This document shows, piece after piece, positions 55,293 through 64,000 of a stretch of 64,000 bases of DNA. The number at the start of each line of letters is the position of its first letter. Within the stretch, counting starts at the first letter, position 1. The translations under genes were made by a program, and so were the position numbers. The stretch spans positions 6,290 through 70,289 of the forward strand of contig DAOOSC010000001.1 of NCBI GenBank assembly GCA_035389585.1, read 5' to 3'. The notes beneath the pieces are model-generated. The model worked only from the letters and a program-made list of their open reading frames with translations. It had not been told where the DNA came from and searched no databases. The stretch is from Candidatus Magasanikiibacteriota bacterium (lineage in GTDB: Bacteria; Patescibacteriota; Patescibacteriia; Magasanikbacterales; UBA922).

Positions 55293-57563
55293 ATGAATAA
55301 ATCTTCCAATTTGGCCAAACTCGGCTTAAATATATTTTTTTTAGCATCACTTTTGGCGATACCACTCTCTCCTGTTTTCGCTTTTGACCCTACTCACATA
55401 CTGTCCGACGAAGAAATGCAAAATTGGCAATGCATGTCGAAATCCGACGTACAGAATTTTTTGGATTTTCAAGGTGGGAAGATTGCTTCGATGAAGATCG
55501 ATGATGGGGCCGGCAAAAAAAGGCCGATTTCAAGTATTATTTATGACACGGCGAAGAAATATCAAATCAATCCGAAATACATTCTCGTCACTCTCCAGAA
55601 AGAACAAAGTCTCCTCACCGCCAAAAATCCGACACAGAAACAGTTAGATTGGGCGGCCGGTTATGCGATTTGTGATAGTTGTAGTATGGACGATCCAGCT
55701 CTGCAGTCCCACAAAGGGCTATTCAACCAAATTGACAGCGCCGCCGGCCTCATGCGTTGGTATTATGACAATGTCACTACAAAACCTTGGATCAAGCGTC
55801 CACAGTTCGAATATACTATCGATAGCACTTTGGTTAGGCCGAAATCATACGCGACCGCTTTCCTATACACCTACACGCCACATATTCAGGGCAATCAAAA
55901 CTTTTGGACTCTGTGGCAGAAATGGTTCGAACAGACTTATCCGGGTGGAACATTACTCCGGAGTACCGCGAGTGATGTTGTTTATTTAATTCAAAACGGC
56001 AAAAAACGCCCCATCACTACTCCAGGTGTGCTTTCTTCGCGTTTCGATCCGAAGTCGGTAATTATCGTGGCAGAATCAGAATTGGGGAGGTATGATGTAG
56101 GGCCAGAAGTGAAATTCCCCAATTATTCTATTTTGAAAAATGGTGAGCAATATTATTTGTTGGATTATGATAATTTGCGTCCGTTCGCGAATGCGGAAGT
56201 GGTGCGCCAAATTGGCTATAACCCAGAAGAAATTATCGAAGTGGCTCCCGCTGATATTCGTGGATATGAGATTGGTGAGACGATAAATTTGGAAACCACC
56301 GATCCGACGGGGCGAATGGTTAAATTTGCCAGTGGAAAAATTTATTTGGTGAAAAACGGCACACTCTTCCCTGTACCACATTCCATAATTGCTACCAAAA
56401 GTTTTCCAGATTTGAAAATTGAAAAAGCCAACCAAGCTGATTTCGTCAGCTATCCCATCGGCGATGAAGTACTTCTGCCTGATGGTACACTATTCTCTCT
56501 CCGGGGGGACAAAAATGTCTATGTGGTGGATAATGGCGCGAAACGTTTGATTCCAGATGAGATGACATTCAAAAATCTCGGTTATAAATTTTCGAGTGTG
56601 ATCACTGTGCCGGCTGTGGTCGCTAATATGCACCGAAAGGGTTTACCGATGTCAGCCGCTCGCCTCGCAATGGTTTCGAAGTCAGCTGGTTCTGTGGAAG
56701 TGGGATTGGCCGCAGAAAAAAGTAATGTGACTACTCTGAAAATTGAAGAAGGGAAAATGGCATCAGTGCCAAAAAATAAAATTGTTTATGAAGGAGAAAA
56801 GAAAGTCACCTTGAAGACTGATACTTATTTGGTGGCGGATTATTCCACAGGTGCAATTCTCGCGGCGAAAAATATCGATGTCGTTCGTCCACTAGCTTCT
56901 CTCACCAAAATAATGGCAGCGAAAGTAATGTTCGATAACGCTCTGGATTTGGATGGGGTGACAACTTATGATGTGGGGAAAATGAGATCTGCTCACAAAG
57001 ATTTGCGTATTGTCGCGGGTGAAAAAATTGTCAACAAAGATTTGATGGATTCATTTCTGGTCTCGTCTCTGAATAGTGCTGGTCCGATGCTGGTTTCGTC
57101 TGTCAGCGAAAACGAGAAAATGTTTGTTCAAAAAATGAACGATGCGGCTATGAATCTGGGCCTCTCTAATACTAAATTTACCGATTCTTATGGGTATGAT
57201 CTTGGAAATTTGGCAACGGCGCGTGAATATTTACCGATTTTTTTGGCTGGTGTGAATGAACAGAAAATTTTTGAATATTTGAGCAAAACGGATTATTCAT
57301 TTGAAGAATTGCTTGATTTAGACGGTAGCCCAACACATTTTGACGATAATACAAACCTGTTGCTCAAAAAAAGTAATTTACCATATAAAATCTTGGCCAG
57401 TAAGACCGGCTATCTAAATGAGTCGGGAGCAAATTTGGCGATGCTCATTGAGAGACCAAAAGATGGCAAAAGGTTCGTCTTGATCACAATGGGTAATCCA
57501 GATTACAAAAACCGCTTTAACGATCCGGATTTATTGGCCCGCTTTACAATTGCCAATTTTTGA
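55293..57563 (+). CDS. Secreted protein with a large N-terminal domain and a C-terminal D-alanyl-D-alanine carboxypeptidase (peptidase S11, PBP5-like) domain
   Basis: A signal peptide, an 'ASLTKIMAA' SxxK motif, and an 'SGN' region. An extended -10 (TGtTATACT) lies upstream. Confidence 0.7.
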   Translation: MNKSSNLAKLGLNIFFLASLLAIPLSPVFAFDPTHILSDEEMQNWQCMSKSDVQNFLDFQGGKIASMKIDDGAGKKRPISSIIYDTAKKYQINPKYILVTLQKEQSLLTAKNPTQKQLDWAAGYAICDSCSMDDPALQSHKGLFNQIDSAAGLMRWYYDNVTTKPWIKRPQFEYTIDSTLVRPKSYATAFLYTYTPHIQGNQNFWTLWQKWFEQTYPGGTLLRSTASDVVYLIQNGKKRPITTPGVLSSRFDPKSVIIVAESELGRYDVGPEVKFPNYSILKNGEQYYLLDYDNLRPFANAEVVRQIGYNPEEIIEVAPADIRGYEIGETINLETTDPTGRMVKFASGKIYLVKNGTLFPVPHSIIATKSFPDLKIEKANQADFVSYPIGDEVLLPDGTLFSLRGDKNVYVVDNGAKRLIPDEMTFKNLGYKFSSVITVPAVVANMHRKGLPMSAARLAMVSKSAGSVEVGLAAEKSNVTTLKIEEGKMASVPKNKIVYEGEKKVTLKTDTYLVADYSTGAILAAKNIDVVRPLASLTKIMAAKVMFDNALDLDGVTTYDVGKMRSAHKDLRIVAGEKIVNKDLMDSFLVSSLNSAGPMLVSSVSENEKMFVQKMNDAAMNLGLSNTKFTDSYGYDLGNLATAREYLPIFLAGVNEQKIFEYLSKTDYSFEELLDLDGSPTHFDDNTNLLLKKSNLPYKILASKTGYLNESGANLAMLIERPKDGKRFVLITMGNPDYKNRFNDPDLLARFTIANF

Positions 57564-57596
57564 GGCAAAATACCTATATAACTAATTGTTAATTGT

Positions 57597-58391
57597 ATGT
57601 CTCTAGCCTTCGCCGCCATTACTCCTCACCCACCGATTTGTCTGCCCAGTATCGGTGGAAACGACCTAGTAAAAGTTCAAGCGACTCGGACCGCTCTCGC
57701 CCGTCTCGAGCAGGATCTCTACATTGAGAAGCCTGATATTATTGTGGTAATTTCACCACATGGAGGGATATTTCGTGATGTTTTTACTTTGAATGGTTAT
57801 ACTGAATTTACCGCAGATTTTACGGAATTTGGCGACATGGTGACGACCCACAAATGGGCGGGGGCGACAAATTTTGCTTCAATTTTTTATAATCATAATA
57901 GTGCTAAAGAAGTACCCATGCAACTTATTGCCGATCCAAAACTTGATCATGGGGCCGCTATTCCACTCATGTTTCTGACAGATCATTTGCAGGCAGTGAA
58001 GATCTTGCCGGTTGGGTATAGTGAATTGTCACCACTTGCCCATCTCGCTTTTGGGGAAGCCCTGAAAGATATGATCATGGAGAGTGACGCACGAGTGGCT
58101 GTGATTGCCTCTGGCGATTTATCTCATGCGCTCACGAGCGATTCACCGGCTGGTTTCAATGCGGCTGGAGCGGAATTTGACCAGCAGTTAATTAAAATGC
58201 TTGAGACGAGAAATACGGTTGGAATTGCACAGATGAACCAAGAACTGGTGAAAAATGCGGCGGAGTGTGGCTATCGTTCCATTTTGATACTTTTGGGCGT
58301 TTTGAAGAATATGAATTATTCGTTTGAGAATTATGCTTACGAGGCGCCATTTGGTGTGGGGTATTTGACAGGAAATTTTGTTTTAAATTGA
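57597..58391 (+). CDS. Class III extradiol dioxygenase family protein (LigB/YgiD-like)
   Basis: The 'HPPI', 'SPHG' and 'SGDLSHAL' blocks align with the metal-binding His residues of the LigB family. Confidence 0.6.
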   Translation: MSLAFAAITPHPPICLPSIGGNDLVKVQATRTALARLEQDLYIEKPDIIVVISPHGGIFRDVFTLNGYTEFTADFTEFGDMVTTHKWAGATNFASIFYNHNSAKEVPMQLIADPKLDHGAAIPLMFLTDHLQAVKILPVGYSELSPLAHLAFGEALKDMIMESDARVAVIASGDLSHALTSDSPAGFNAAGAEFDQQLIKMLETRNTVGIAQMNQELVKNAAECGYRSILILLGVLKNMNYSFENYAYEAPFGVGYLTGNFVLN

Positions 58392-60313
58392 AAACCATTG
58401 TGATCGCAGAAGTCACCCTGCTTCGGCGCATGGTGCGGCGTCTTGATTTTTTTGATTACGCTGTGCCGGCAGAAATGGAGTCGGGAATTCAGGTGGGAGT
58501 AGTAGTGAAAGTGCCTTTTCGCAAAAGCATTGAGTTTGGTATTATTAAAGGAGTTTCCACTGAACCTGCCCGTCCAAATTTGAAACCAATTGGAGAAATA
58601 CTTGGTCCTCAACCGATTTTTGAGAAGGATCAATTAGAGGTTATGATTGGTTTGGCTCATTTCTATGGAGTCTCTTTATCAAACATTTTGAACCTCGCTC
58701 TCCCTACCCTCGGGATCAGGCGTCTCACAGCGCTCACGCGTCGCCAGAAAGTGGTGGTAGAAAAAAATAATTTAGAAAAAGAATTCGAAGCTCCTTTGGA
58801 ATATTTTTTATATAAAAATGAAAAAGAGCGATTGAATTATTTTGTTGACAAGTGCGGATCATGTCGAAAGGCTATTATTCTCCTGCCACAAGTCGTTGGA
58901 GTTAACCCCCTCGTCGAGGAATTGACTGAAAAACTATCACACCACACCATCATCCCCTATCACTCCGATTTGACCGAAAAACAGCGGGCGGAAAACTATT
59001 TTTCATTTCTCGAAAATCCCAAAGCTGTGCTCGTGGGCACGAGGATTGCGGCATTCGCGCCACTGATTGGAGCGGATCGTATTTTCATCGATCGCGAGCA
59101 GGACGATGATCACAAAAGTTGGGACGCGGCACCACGATTTGACGCGCGTTTCGTGATGCGAATTTTCGCTTTGCGCAGTCATGTTCCACTCTCATTCATG
59201 AGTTTTTCCCCTTCAGCGGATTCATATTTCCGTGTTCACAAAGGATTTGTCTCAGGTTCAATCGAACCGTCGCCGATCAACCGGGCTACTTGTGTTGATA
59301 TTTCATCAGAAAGTCGTTTTGGAAATTTGGATCTACTTTCGACCAACACTTTCACCCGCATGCAAAAATGTTTGGAAAAAAACACCGATGTTTTGGTTTT
59401 TGTTAATCAAAAAGGTGTAGCGAGTGGTATGTATTGTCGTAATTGTGGCCACGATCTGATTTGTCCGAAATGTAAAATAAATTATGCGGTCGGGCGTGAG
59501 AACAACCTCAACTACTTGGCATGCCGACGCTGTCTCGGTCATGAGAAAATGCCGAGCACTTGCCCGAACTGTCATTCTGACAAATTAAGTACACGCGGTG
59601 CGGGGGTAGATAAAATTGGTGAAGCAGTAATTAATTGGGTGGAGAAAAAACAATTGAAAAACAAAGTGGAAATTATTTCGGCGGATGATGGTGTGAACAA
59701 AAATAAAAAGAACGAAAAGAGTTTTGATGATTCAGTGGCGCGAATTTTTGTTGGCACAGAAGCAATGTTATCACGCCCAATTTGGGGCAAAGCTGGTCTC
59801 GCGGTAATTTCCAGTTTTGATCGAATGCGTAATTCCCCAGACTATCTCGCCGATGAGAGGGCTTGGCAATTGATTACTCATGCTCATTATCTACTGCCCG
59901 AGACAGGCGAGGTCATCATTGAAGCGCGTGAACCAAAACACTATATTTTGCGCTCTCTCATCGAGCCGCATCGTTTCTACCGCTTGAACCTCAACATGCG
60001 CCAAACCGCTACTTTCCCTCCCTATACTCTCCTCGTCAAATATATGGTCGGAAACAGCGACCCACTGAAGGCCGAGAAATCTGCCAAACAAGCCGTGGTT
60101 GAGCTGAAATTGGCATTGACAAAAAACAATGTTTCTGCTAGTATTTCAGGTCCGACCGAGTCTATACCGAAGGTTCGAAATGGCCAGTATTATTACGTAA
60201 TTTTAGCCAAATTTAAGCCAGACATCGCTTTTGATGCGGTGGCCGCGATTCATCGTGCTCTCGACCCCGAGATCAAAATTGACCCAAATCCGATGAGTCT
60301 GTATAATCCTTAG
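58388..60313 (+). CDS. priA: Primosomal protein N' (PriA) homolog with degenerate ATPase motifs
   Basis: The N-terminal 3'-DNA-binding domain ('AEVTL...YAVP'), the characteristic Cys-rich region (CRNC...CPKC...CRRC...CPNC), and a helicase-core alignment. 'YKNEKERLNY' replaces Walker A and 'DREQDD' replaces DEEH. The ORF-track start codon is TTG. Confidence 0.7.
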   Translation: MKTIVIAEVTLLRRMVRRLDFFDYAVPAEMESGIQVGVVVKVPFRKSIEFGIIKGVSTEPARPNLKPIGEILGPQPIFEKDQLEVMIGLAHFYGVSLSNILNLALPTLGIRRLTALTRRQKVVVEKNNLEKEFEAPLEYFLYKNEKERLNYFVDKCGSCRKAIILLPQVVGVNPLVEELTEKLSHHTIIPYHSDLTEKQRAENYFSFLENPKAVLVGTRIAAFAPLIGADRIFIDREQDDDHKSWDAAPRFDARFVMRIFALRSHVPLSFMSFSPSADSYFRVHKGFVSGSIEPSPINRATCVDISSESRFGNLDLLSTNTFTRMQKCLEKNTDVLVFVNQKGVASGMYCRNCGHDLICPKCKINYAVGRENNLNYLACRRCLGHEKMPSTCPNCHSDKLSTRGAGVDKIGEAVINWVEKKQLKNKVEIISADDGVNKNKKNEKSFDDSVARIFVGTEAMLSRPIWGKAGLAVISSFDRMRNSPDYLADERAWQLITHAHYLLPETGEVIIEAREPKHYILRSLIEPHRFYRLNLNMRQTATFPPYTLLVKYMVGNSDPLKAEKSAKQAVVELKLALTKNNVSASISGPTESIPKVRNGQYYYVILAKFKPDIAFDAVAAIHRALDPEIKIDPNPMSLYNP

Positions 60314-60320
60314 TATAAAT

Positions 60321-60812
60321 ATGTTAAAAATAGTCACTCTCCCCGATCCTCGATTGCGCACCAAATCAGTGCCTCTCGACCCGGAGAAATTAAAAACCGA
60401 CGAATACAAAAAAATCATTGCCGAAATGACTGATTTGATGTACAAGTCAGATGGTGTGGGCATTGCTGCGCCACAAATTGGTATCAACAAAAGATTTTGC
60501 ATCATTGGTAAATTAGGCATTGAAAAAGATAAAAAATCTGGAGTGAAGGTCGCTGATCTCGTCCTCATCAATCCGACCTGGACCAAAATTTCCCGAAAGA
60601 AAAATTCTGAAGTAGAAGGTTGCTTATCGGTGCCACACACTTTCGGTACAGTTAGCCGATTGTCGGAAATCCGCGTCCACGCGTTCGATTTGGATGGCCG
60701 ACCGCTTGAATTTATCGCTCATGGATATTTCGCGCGCGTCATCCAACACGAAGTTGACCATTTGGACGGAATTTTATTTATTGATCGGGCGACGGGTGTG
60801 TATAATGATTAA
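60321..60812 (+). CDS. def: Peptide deformylase
   Basis: The 'GIAAPQIG', 'EGCLSVP' and 'HEVDHLDG' motifs. Confidence 0.9.
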   Translation: MLKIVTLPDPRLRTKSVPLDPEKLKTDEYKKIIAEMTDLMYKSDGVGIAAPQIGINKRFCIIGKLGIEKDKKSGVKVADLVLINPTWTKISRKKNSEVEGCLSVPHTFGTVSRLSEIRVHAFDLDGRPLEFIAHGYFARVIQHEVDHLDGILFIDRATGVYND

Positions 60813-60814
60813 TT

Positions 60815-61744
60815 ATGAACAAAACCCCCATAATATTTTTTGGTTCACATAATTTCGCTGCGCGGATTTTGCAAACTCTGATTGATTCAGATAATTTTGA
60901 AATAAAACTCGTCATCACCCAGCCTGACCGACCAGTCGGACGAAAAAAAATACTCGAATCAACTCCCGTGAAAGTTTTGGCAAATGCTAATTTTCTGCAA
61001 GTGATCGATCCCGAGAGTCTGCGTAAAACAAAAATTGAATTGCCTGATGCTGAAGTCGCGATTTGTGCTCAATACGGTCTCATCATTCCTCAATATGTCC
61101 TCGATGCGCCACAGCGCGGGATTATAAATGTCCACACTTCCCTATTACCGAAATATCGTGGCGCCTCACCTATTCAGAGCGCTCTCATGAACGGTGAAAC
61201 GCAAACTGGCGTCACAATCATGCTCATGAACGCCGGACTCGATACAGGGCCGATTTTGAAACAAAAGACCGTTGCAATTGAACCGAACGACACATACCTC
61301 ACACTCGAGAAGAAATTAGTTGAAGCAGGATCGAAATTAATTATCCCGACGACTTTGGAATACCTCGCGGACACAATCAAGCCAATCCCTCAAAGTGACA
61401 CTGAAATGACAACATGTCGTGAACTGACCCGCGATGATGGGCGAATTAATTGGCAGACCATGAGGGCTACCCAAATATTCAATCTCTGGCGCGGTCTAAC
61501 ACCATGGCCGGGTGTTTGGACAACTTGGCAGGGAAAGCGCCTGAAACTGCTTGAAATTGCGCCTACAACACATGCAGGTATAATTGCTGGACAGATCCTC
61601 ATCGAAAATGACCGAGTTTTCGTAGGTGCGATGAACGAATCCTGTATTGAACTCCAAACAATTCAACTCGAAGGAAAAAATGCCACTTCTGCTCGTGATT
61701 TTATTCGCGGTGCAAGAGATTTTAATGGCTCTAAACTCAAATAA
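60815..61744 (+). CDS. fmt: Methionyl-tRNA formyltransferase
   Basis: The 'INVHTSLLPKYRGASPIQ' formyltransferase motif and the def-fmt gene order. Confidence 0.9.
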   Translation: MNKTPIIFFGSHNFAARILQTLIDSDNFEIKLVITQPDRPVGRKKILESTPVKVLANANFLQVIDPESLRKTKIELPDAEVAICAQYGLIIPQYVLDAPQRGIINVHTSLLPKYRGASPIQSALMNGETQTGVTIMLMNAGLDTGPILKQKTVAIEPNDTYLTLEKKLVEAGSKLIIPTTLEYLADTIKPIPQSDTEMTTCRELTRDDGRINWQTMRATQIFNLWRGLTPWPGVWTTWQGKRLKLLEIAPTTHAGIIAGQILIENDRVFVGAMNESCIELQTIQLEGKNATSARDFIRGARDFNGSKLK

Positions 61745-61747
61745 TTT

Positions 61748-63220
61748 ATGCATCGCAAACTTGGGCCGGCCATTATCACTTTTGTTGCCGTTTATATTTT
61801 GGCACGCGTTTTATCATACCTCACCTACGGATCCATCGTACTGACAAGTATTATTTCGGCTGTCGTTGCGATTTACTTTGTTTACATATATTTCCGCGAA
61901 CCCCGTCTCGTCCTGCCTTTTATTATTGGCGAGTGGCTACTTGGTGGCAATGGCGGTCTCTTCCAATTCTTCGGACTCTCTCTACGCACCCTACTCATCG
62001 TCATGTTTATTTTTCTCTGGCTTATCGATTTCACGAATCAACGCAAATTTTGGAGTTCAATTTTACCTCAGCCTTGGCTCAACCGAATTCTCGCAACACT
62101 CGGTATATTTATTATTTTTAGTACAGTACGCGGACTGTTTTTGGGAAATTCCCCGGTCGACGTCATGCACGACCTCATTCCGTTCACATACTTGATAGTA
62201 CTATTTCCTCTGATATATTTTTGGCACGAATTCGAAAGCGAACAAGCATTCGGCTATATTGTCGCCCTCGTCTATGCCTACATTGTCGGTACCGCTCTCA
62301 CTTCCCTTTTCACACTATTTGCTTTCTCTTACGGCGGTGCGCTGATTCATGGGGACTATTACTTATGGTTCAGAAATATTTTGGCAGGAAAAGTCACCGC
62401 TCTCTCGAATGGTTTCTATCGTGTCATCGAACCAGCTCAGATGTGGCTCGTCCCGATTGTCGCCGTTCTCGTCGCCCTCGTCGGCAAAAACAGGTCGAAA
62501 TTTTCCACCTGGTTTGTATTAATGATGGCATTTATTCCCCTCGCAATTAATTTATCCCGCACATACTACATTGCGATATTTTTTGCTACTCTCACCCTAA
62601 TCATATTTAGCGGTGAATGGAAAAAATGTTTTGTCGGTGCACTGAAGAGCGCTGTCTTGTTTCTCGTTGTTCTGTTTGTCATTGCGATTTCGGCGACTGG
62701 TGCACGATCATTCGGAGTTGATTTACTACTCTCTCGCGTCGCTGGTGATGCTGATGGTGGTTCAGCAGAATTGTCCGTACTTTCACGTGAATTGCGCCTG
62801 CCGATTATATTTGAAAAAATTTCACTCCACCCAATTGCTGGTAACGGCATCGGCTCTCGTCTCGATGTTTACGATCCAGTCACTGAGACAAATGTTTCCA
62901 CATCCCAATATGATTGGGGTTATCTCGAAATGATTTCCGAATTAGGGATAATCGGGACAATCCTGCTTTGTGGTTTGTGGTTTTATACCGCCATCCGCTC
63001 TGCTTCACAAGCCCGAAAAGAAAATCACCCATCCGAAAGAATTTTCAAATGGGGTATTTTTGCTGGTGTAATTGGATTGTGTATTGCTAATATCTTCGCA
63101 CCGATCATGTATCACGCCATGGGAATAATTTTCTTGATTGTCGTTCTGATTCTCATTTCCGAAAAACTTTCTCTCATTCGTCGCATTGGAGTTTCTTTCG
63201 AAGCCCTAGCGCAAGACTAA
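61748..63220 (+). CDS. Polytopic membrane protein, O-antigen ligase/polymerase-like (Wzy_C-like)
   Basis: About 12 TM helices and a periplasmic loop with 'HPIAGNGIGS', reminiscent of the O-antigen ligase domain. The assignment is tentative. Confidence 0.5.
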   Translation: MHRKLGPAIITFVAVYILARVLSYLTYGSIVLTSIISAVVAIYFVYIYFREPRLVLPFIIGEWLLGGNGGLFQFFGLSLRTLLIVMFIFLWLIDFTNQRKFWSSILPQPWLNRILATLGIFIIFSTVRGLFLGNSPVDVMHDLIPFTYLIVLFPLIYFWHEFESEQAFGYIVALVYAYIVGTALTSLFTLFAFSYGGALIHGDYYLWFRNILAGKVTALSNGFYRVIEPAQMWLVPIVAVLVALVGKNRSKFSTWFVLMMAFIPLAINLSRTYYIAIFFATLTLIIFSGEWKKCFVGALKSAVLFLVVLFVIAISATGARSFGVDLLLSRVAGDADGGSAELSVLSRELRLPIIFEKISLHPIAGNGIGSRLDVYDPVTETNVSTSQYDWGYLEMISELGIIGTILLCGLWFYTAIRSASQARKENHPSERIFKWGIFAGVIGLCIANIFAPIMYHAMGIIFLIVVLILISEKLSLIRRIGVSFEALAQD

Positions 63221-63925
63221 TCCGTGTTTTTTGGCGATCACACGACGCGCTTCCTCGTACTTCTTCACACGCTCACGCCACATCGGTAAAAATTTGAACG
63301 GCCACTTGTATGAAAAACTCGGCATCCAGCGACTAATCACGCCGGTATCTTCGAGTGCATAGAGAACTTCGGGGACATGAACGCCGACCGCGCCTTTCTC
63401 TGTGAACATGAGCCAGAGATCCCAATCTTGAAACTTTTTGATTGTCGTATCCCAGCGTATTTCGAGACGAAGCAGTGATTCACGACGAATAAGTGCCGAA
63501 GAATGGATATAGTTTCGTTCGCGCAATGCTTGTGCATCGAACTTTCGTGCCTGCATCAGGTGTTTTCCGAATTTGTAATCTGGATAGGCAAAATCGGCAT
63601 TGCTTTTTTCGATTGCCTGAATGAGACGTTCGATCATCGTTGGTTCGGCCATGAGATCCGCATCCCAAAATATTACATATTTTCCAGTACTTCGATCAAA
63701 CCCTCGATTACGCGCCACAGGACCACCCGCATGCACTTGTTTTTCATAATTGATATTCAGTTGTCCCCTGAATTCAGTTACTACTCCGGCGACATCTTCC
63801 GGACAATCATCGCTCACTACAAATACTTCCAGATCTTTCATTGTTTGAGCGAGCAGTGTTCGCAGACTTTTTCGTAAAACATCGGCACGGTCTCGGACAG
63901 GAATGATAATACTAACTAAAGGCAT
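63206..63925 (-). CDS. Glycosyltransferase family 2
   Basis: The 'VSIIIPVRDR' GT-A start and a DxD region ('VSDDCPED'). Confidence 0.8.
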   Translation of the reverse strand: MPLVSIIIPVRDRADVLRKSLRTLLAQTMKDLEVFVVSDDCPEDVAGVVTEFRGQLNINYEKQVHAGGPVARNRGFDRSTGKYVIFWDADLMAEPTMIERLIQAIEKSNADFAYPDYKFGKHLMQARKFDAQALRERNYIHSSALIRRESLLRLEIRWDTTIKKFQDWDLWLMFTEKGAVGVHVPEVLYALEDTGVISRWMPSFSYKWPFKFLPMWRERVKKYEEARRVIAKKHGLVLR

Positions 63926-64000
63926 ACTAGGAAAGATATTTTATGATTTTTTTGAGTTGAACTTGCCAATTAAATTCCTTGAATAATCTTTCGCGAGCAT

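Noticed and set aside
1-64000. Search for tRNA, rRNA, CRISPR repeats and transposase or integrase genes
   Set aside because: Scanning intergenic regions by eye found no T-loop (GGTTCGA/GTTCAAATCC-type) motifs, no regularly spaced direct repeats, and no recombinase-like ORFs. This cannot be excluded without tRNAscan or Infernal.

Overview
This window looks like a 64 kb, densely coded chromosomal stretch from a small-genome, AT-leaning bacterium. The gene content resembles Patescibacteria/CPR (reduced proS, membrane-anchored murF, divergent priA, many glycosyltransferases, leaderless-looking promoters); that attribution is inference only. Housekeeping genes make up most of it: rplU, recR-ybaB-dnaB, murA, a UvrD-like helicase-nuclease, proS, mreBCD-mrdA, greA, lysS, serS, murF, ftsQ-like, gltX, clpB, priA-like, def and fmt. 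A cell-surface glycan cluster is interleaved with them: a GT4/MraY-WecA fragment, a GT4 gene, two divergent large polytopic membrane proteins, PGI/PMI, rfbB, fdtA-like, rfbD, four tandem GT2 genes, a WecB/TagA GT26, an O-antigen-ligase-like protein and another GT2. Peptidoglycan-remodelling genes are also present: two M23 peptidases, an SLT transglycosylase, a PEGA protein and an S11 carboxypeptidase. I found no rRNA, tRNA, CRISPR array or obvious transposase. The main unexplained items are these. (1) A two-gene insertion splits the dTDP-sugar genes; its second gene is GC-richer with non-host codon usage. (2) A tandem pair of beta-carbonic-anhydrase-like proteins, one with a variant metal motif and a 230-aa extension. 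(3) A PriA homolog without Walker A or an intact DExH box. (4) Two long non-coding regions, 47271-47771 and 54594-55292, with strong secondary-structure signals and a terminator. (5) A perfect promoter, an 18-codon leaderless sORF and repeat-containing terminator hairpins upstream of a GNAT gene. (6) A CIRCE-like inverted repeat on the clpB promoter. All coordinates and motif calls were made by eye from the sequence and ORF track. Any homology statement is memory-based pattern recognition and should be confirmed by HMM or BLAST searches.
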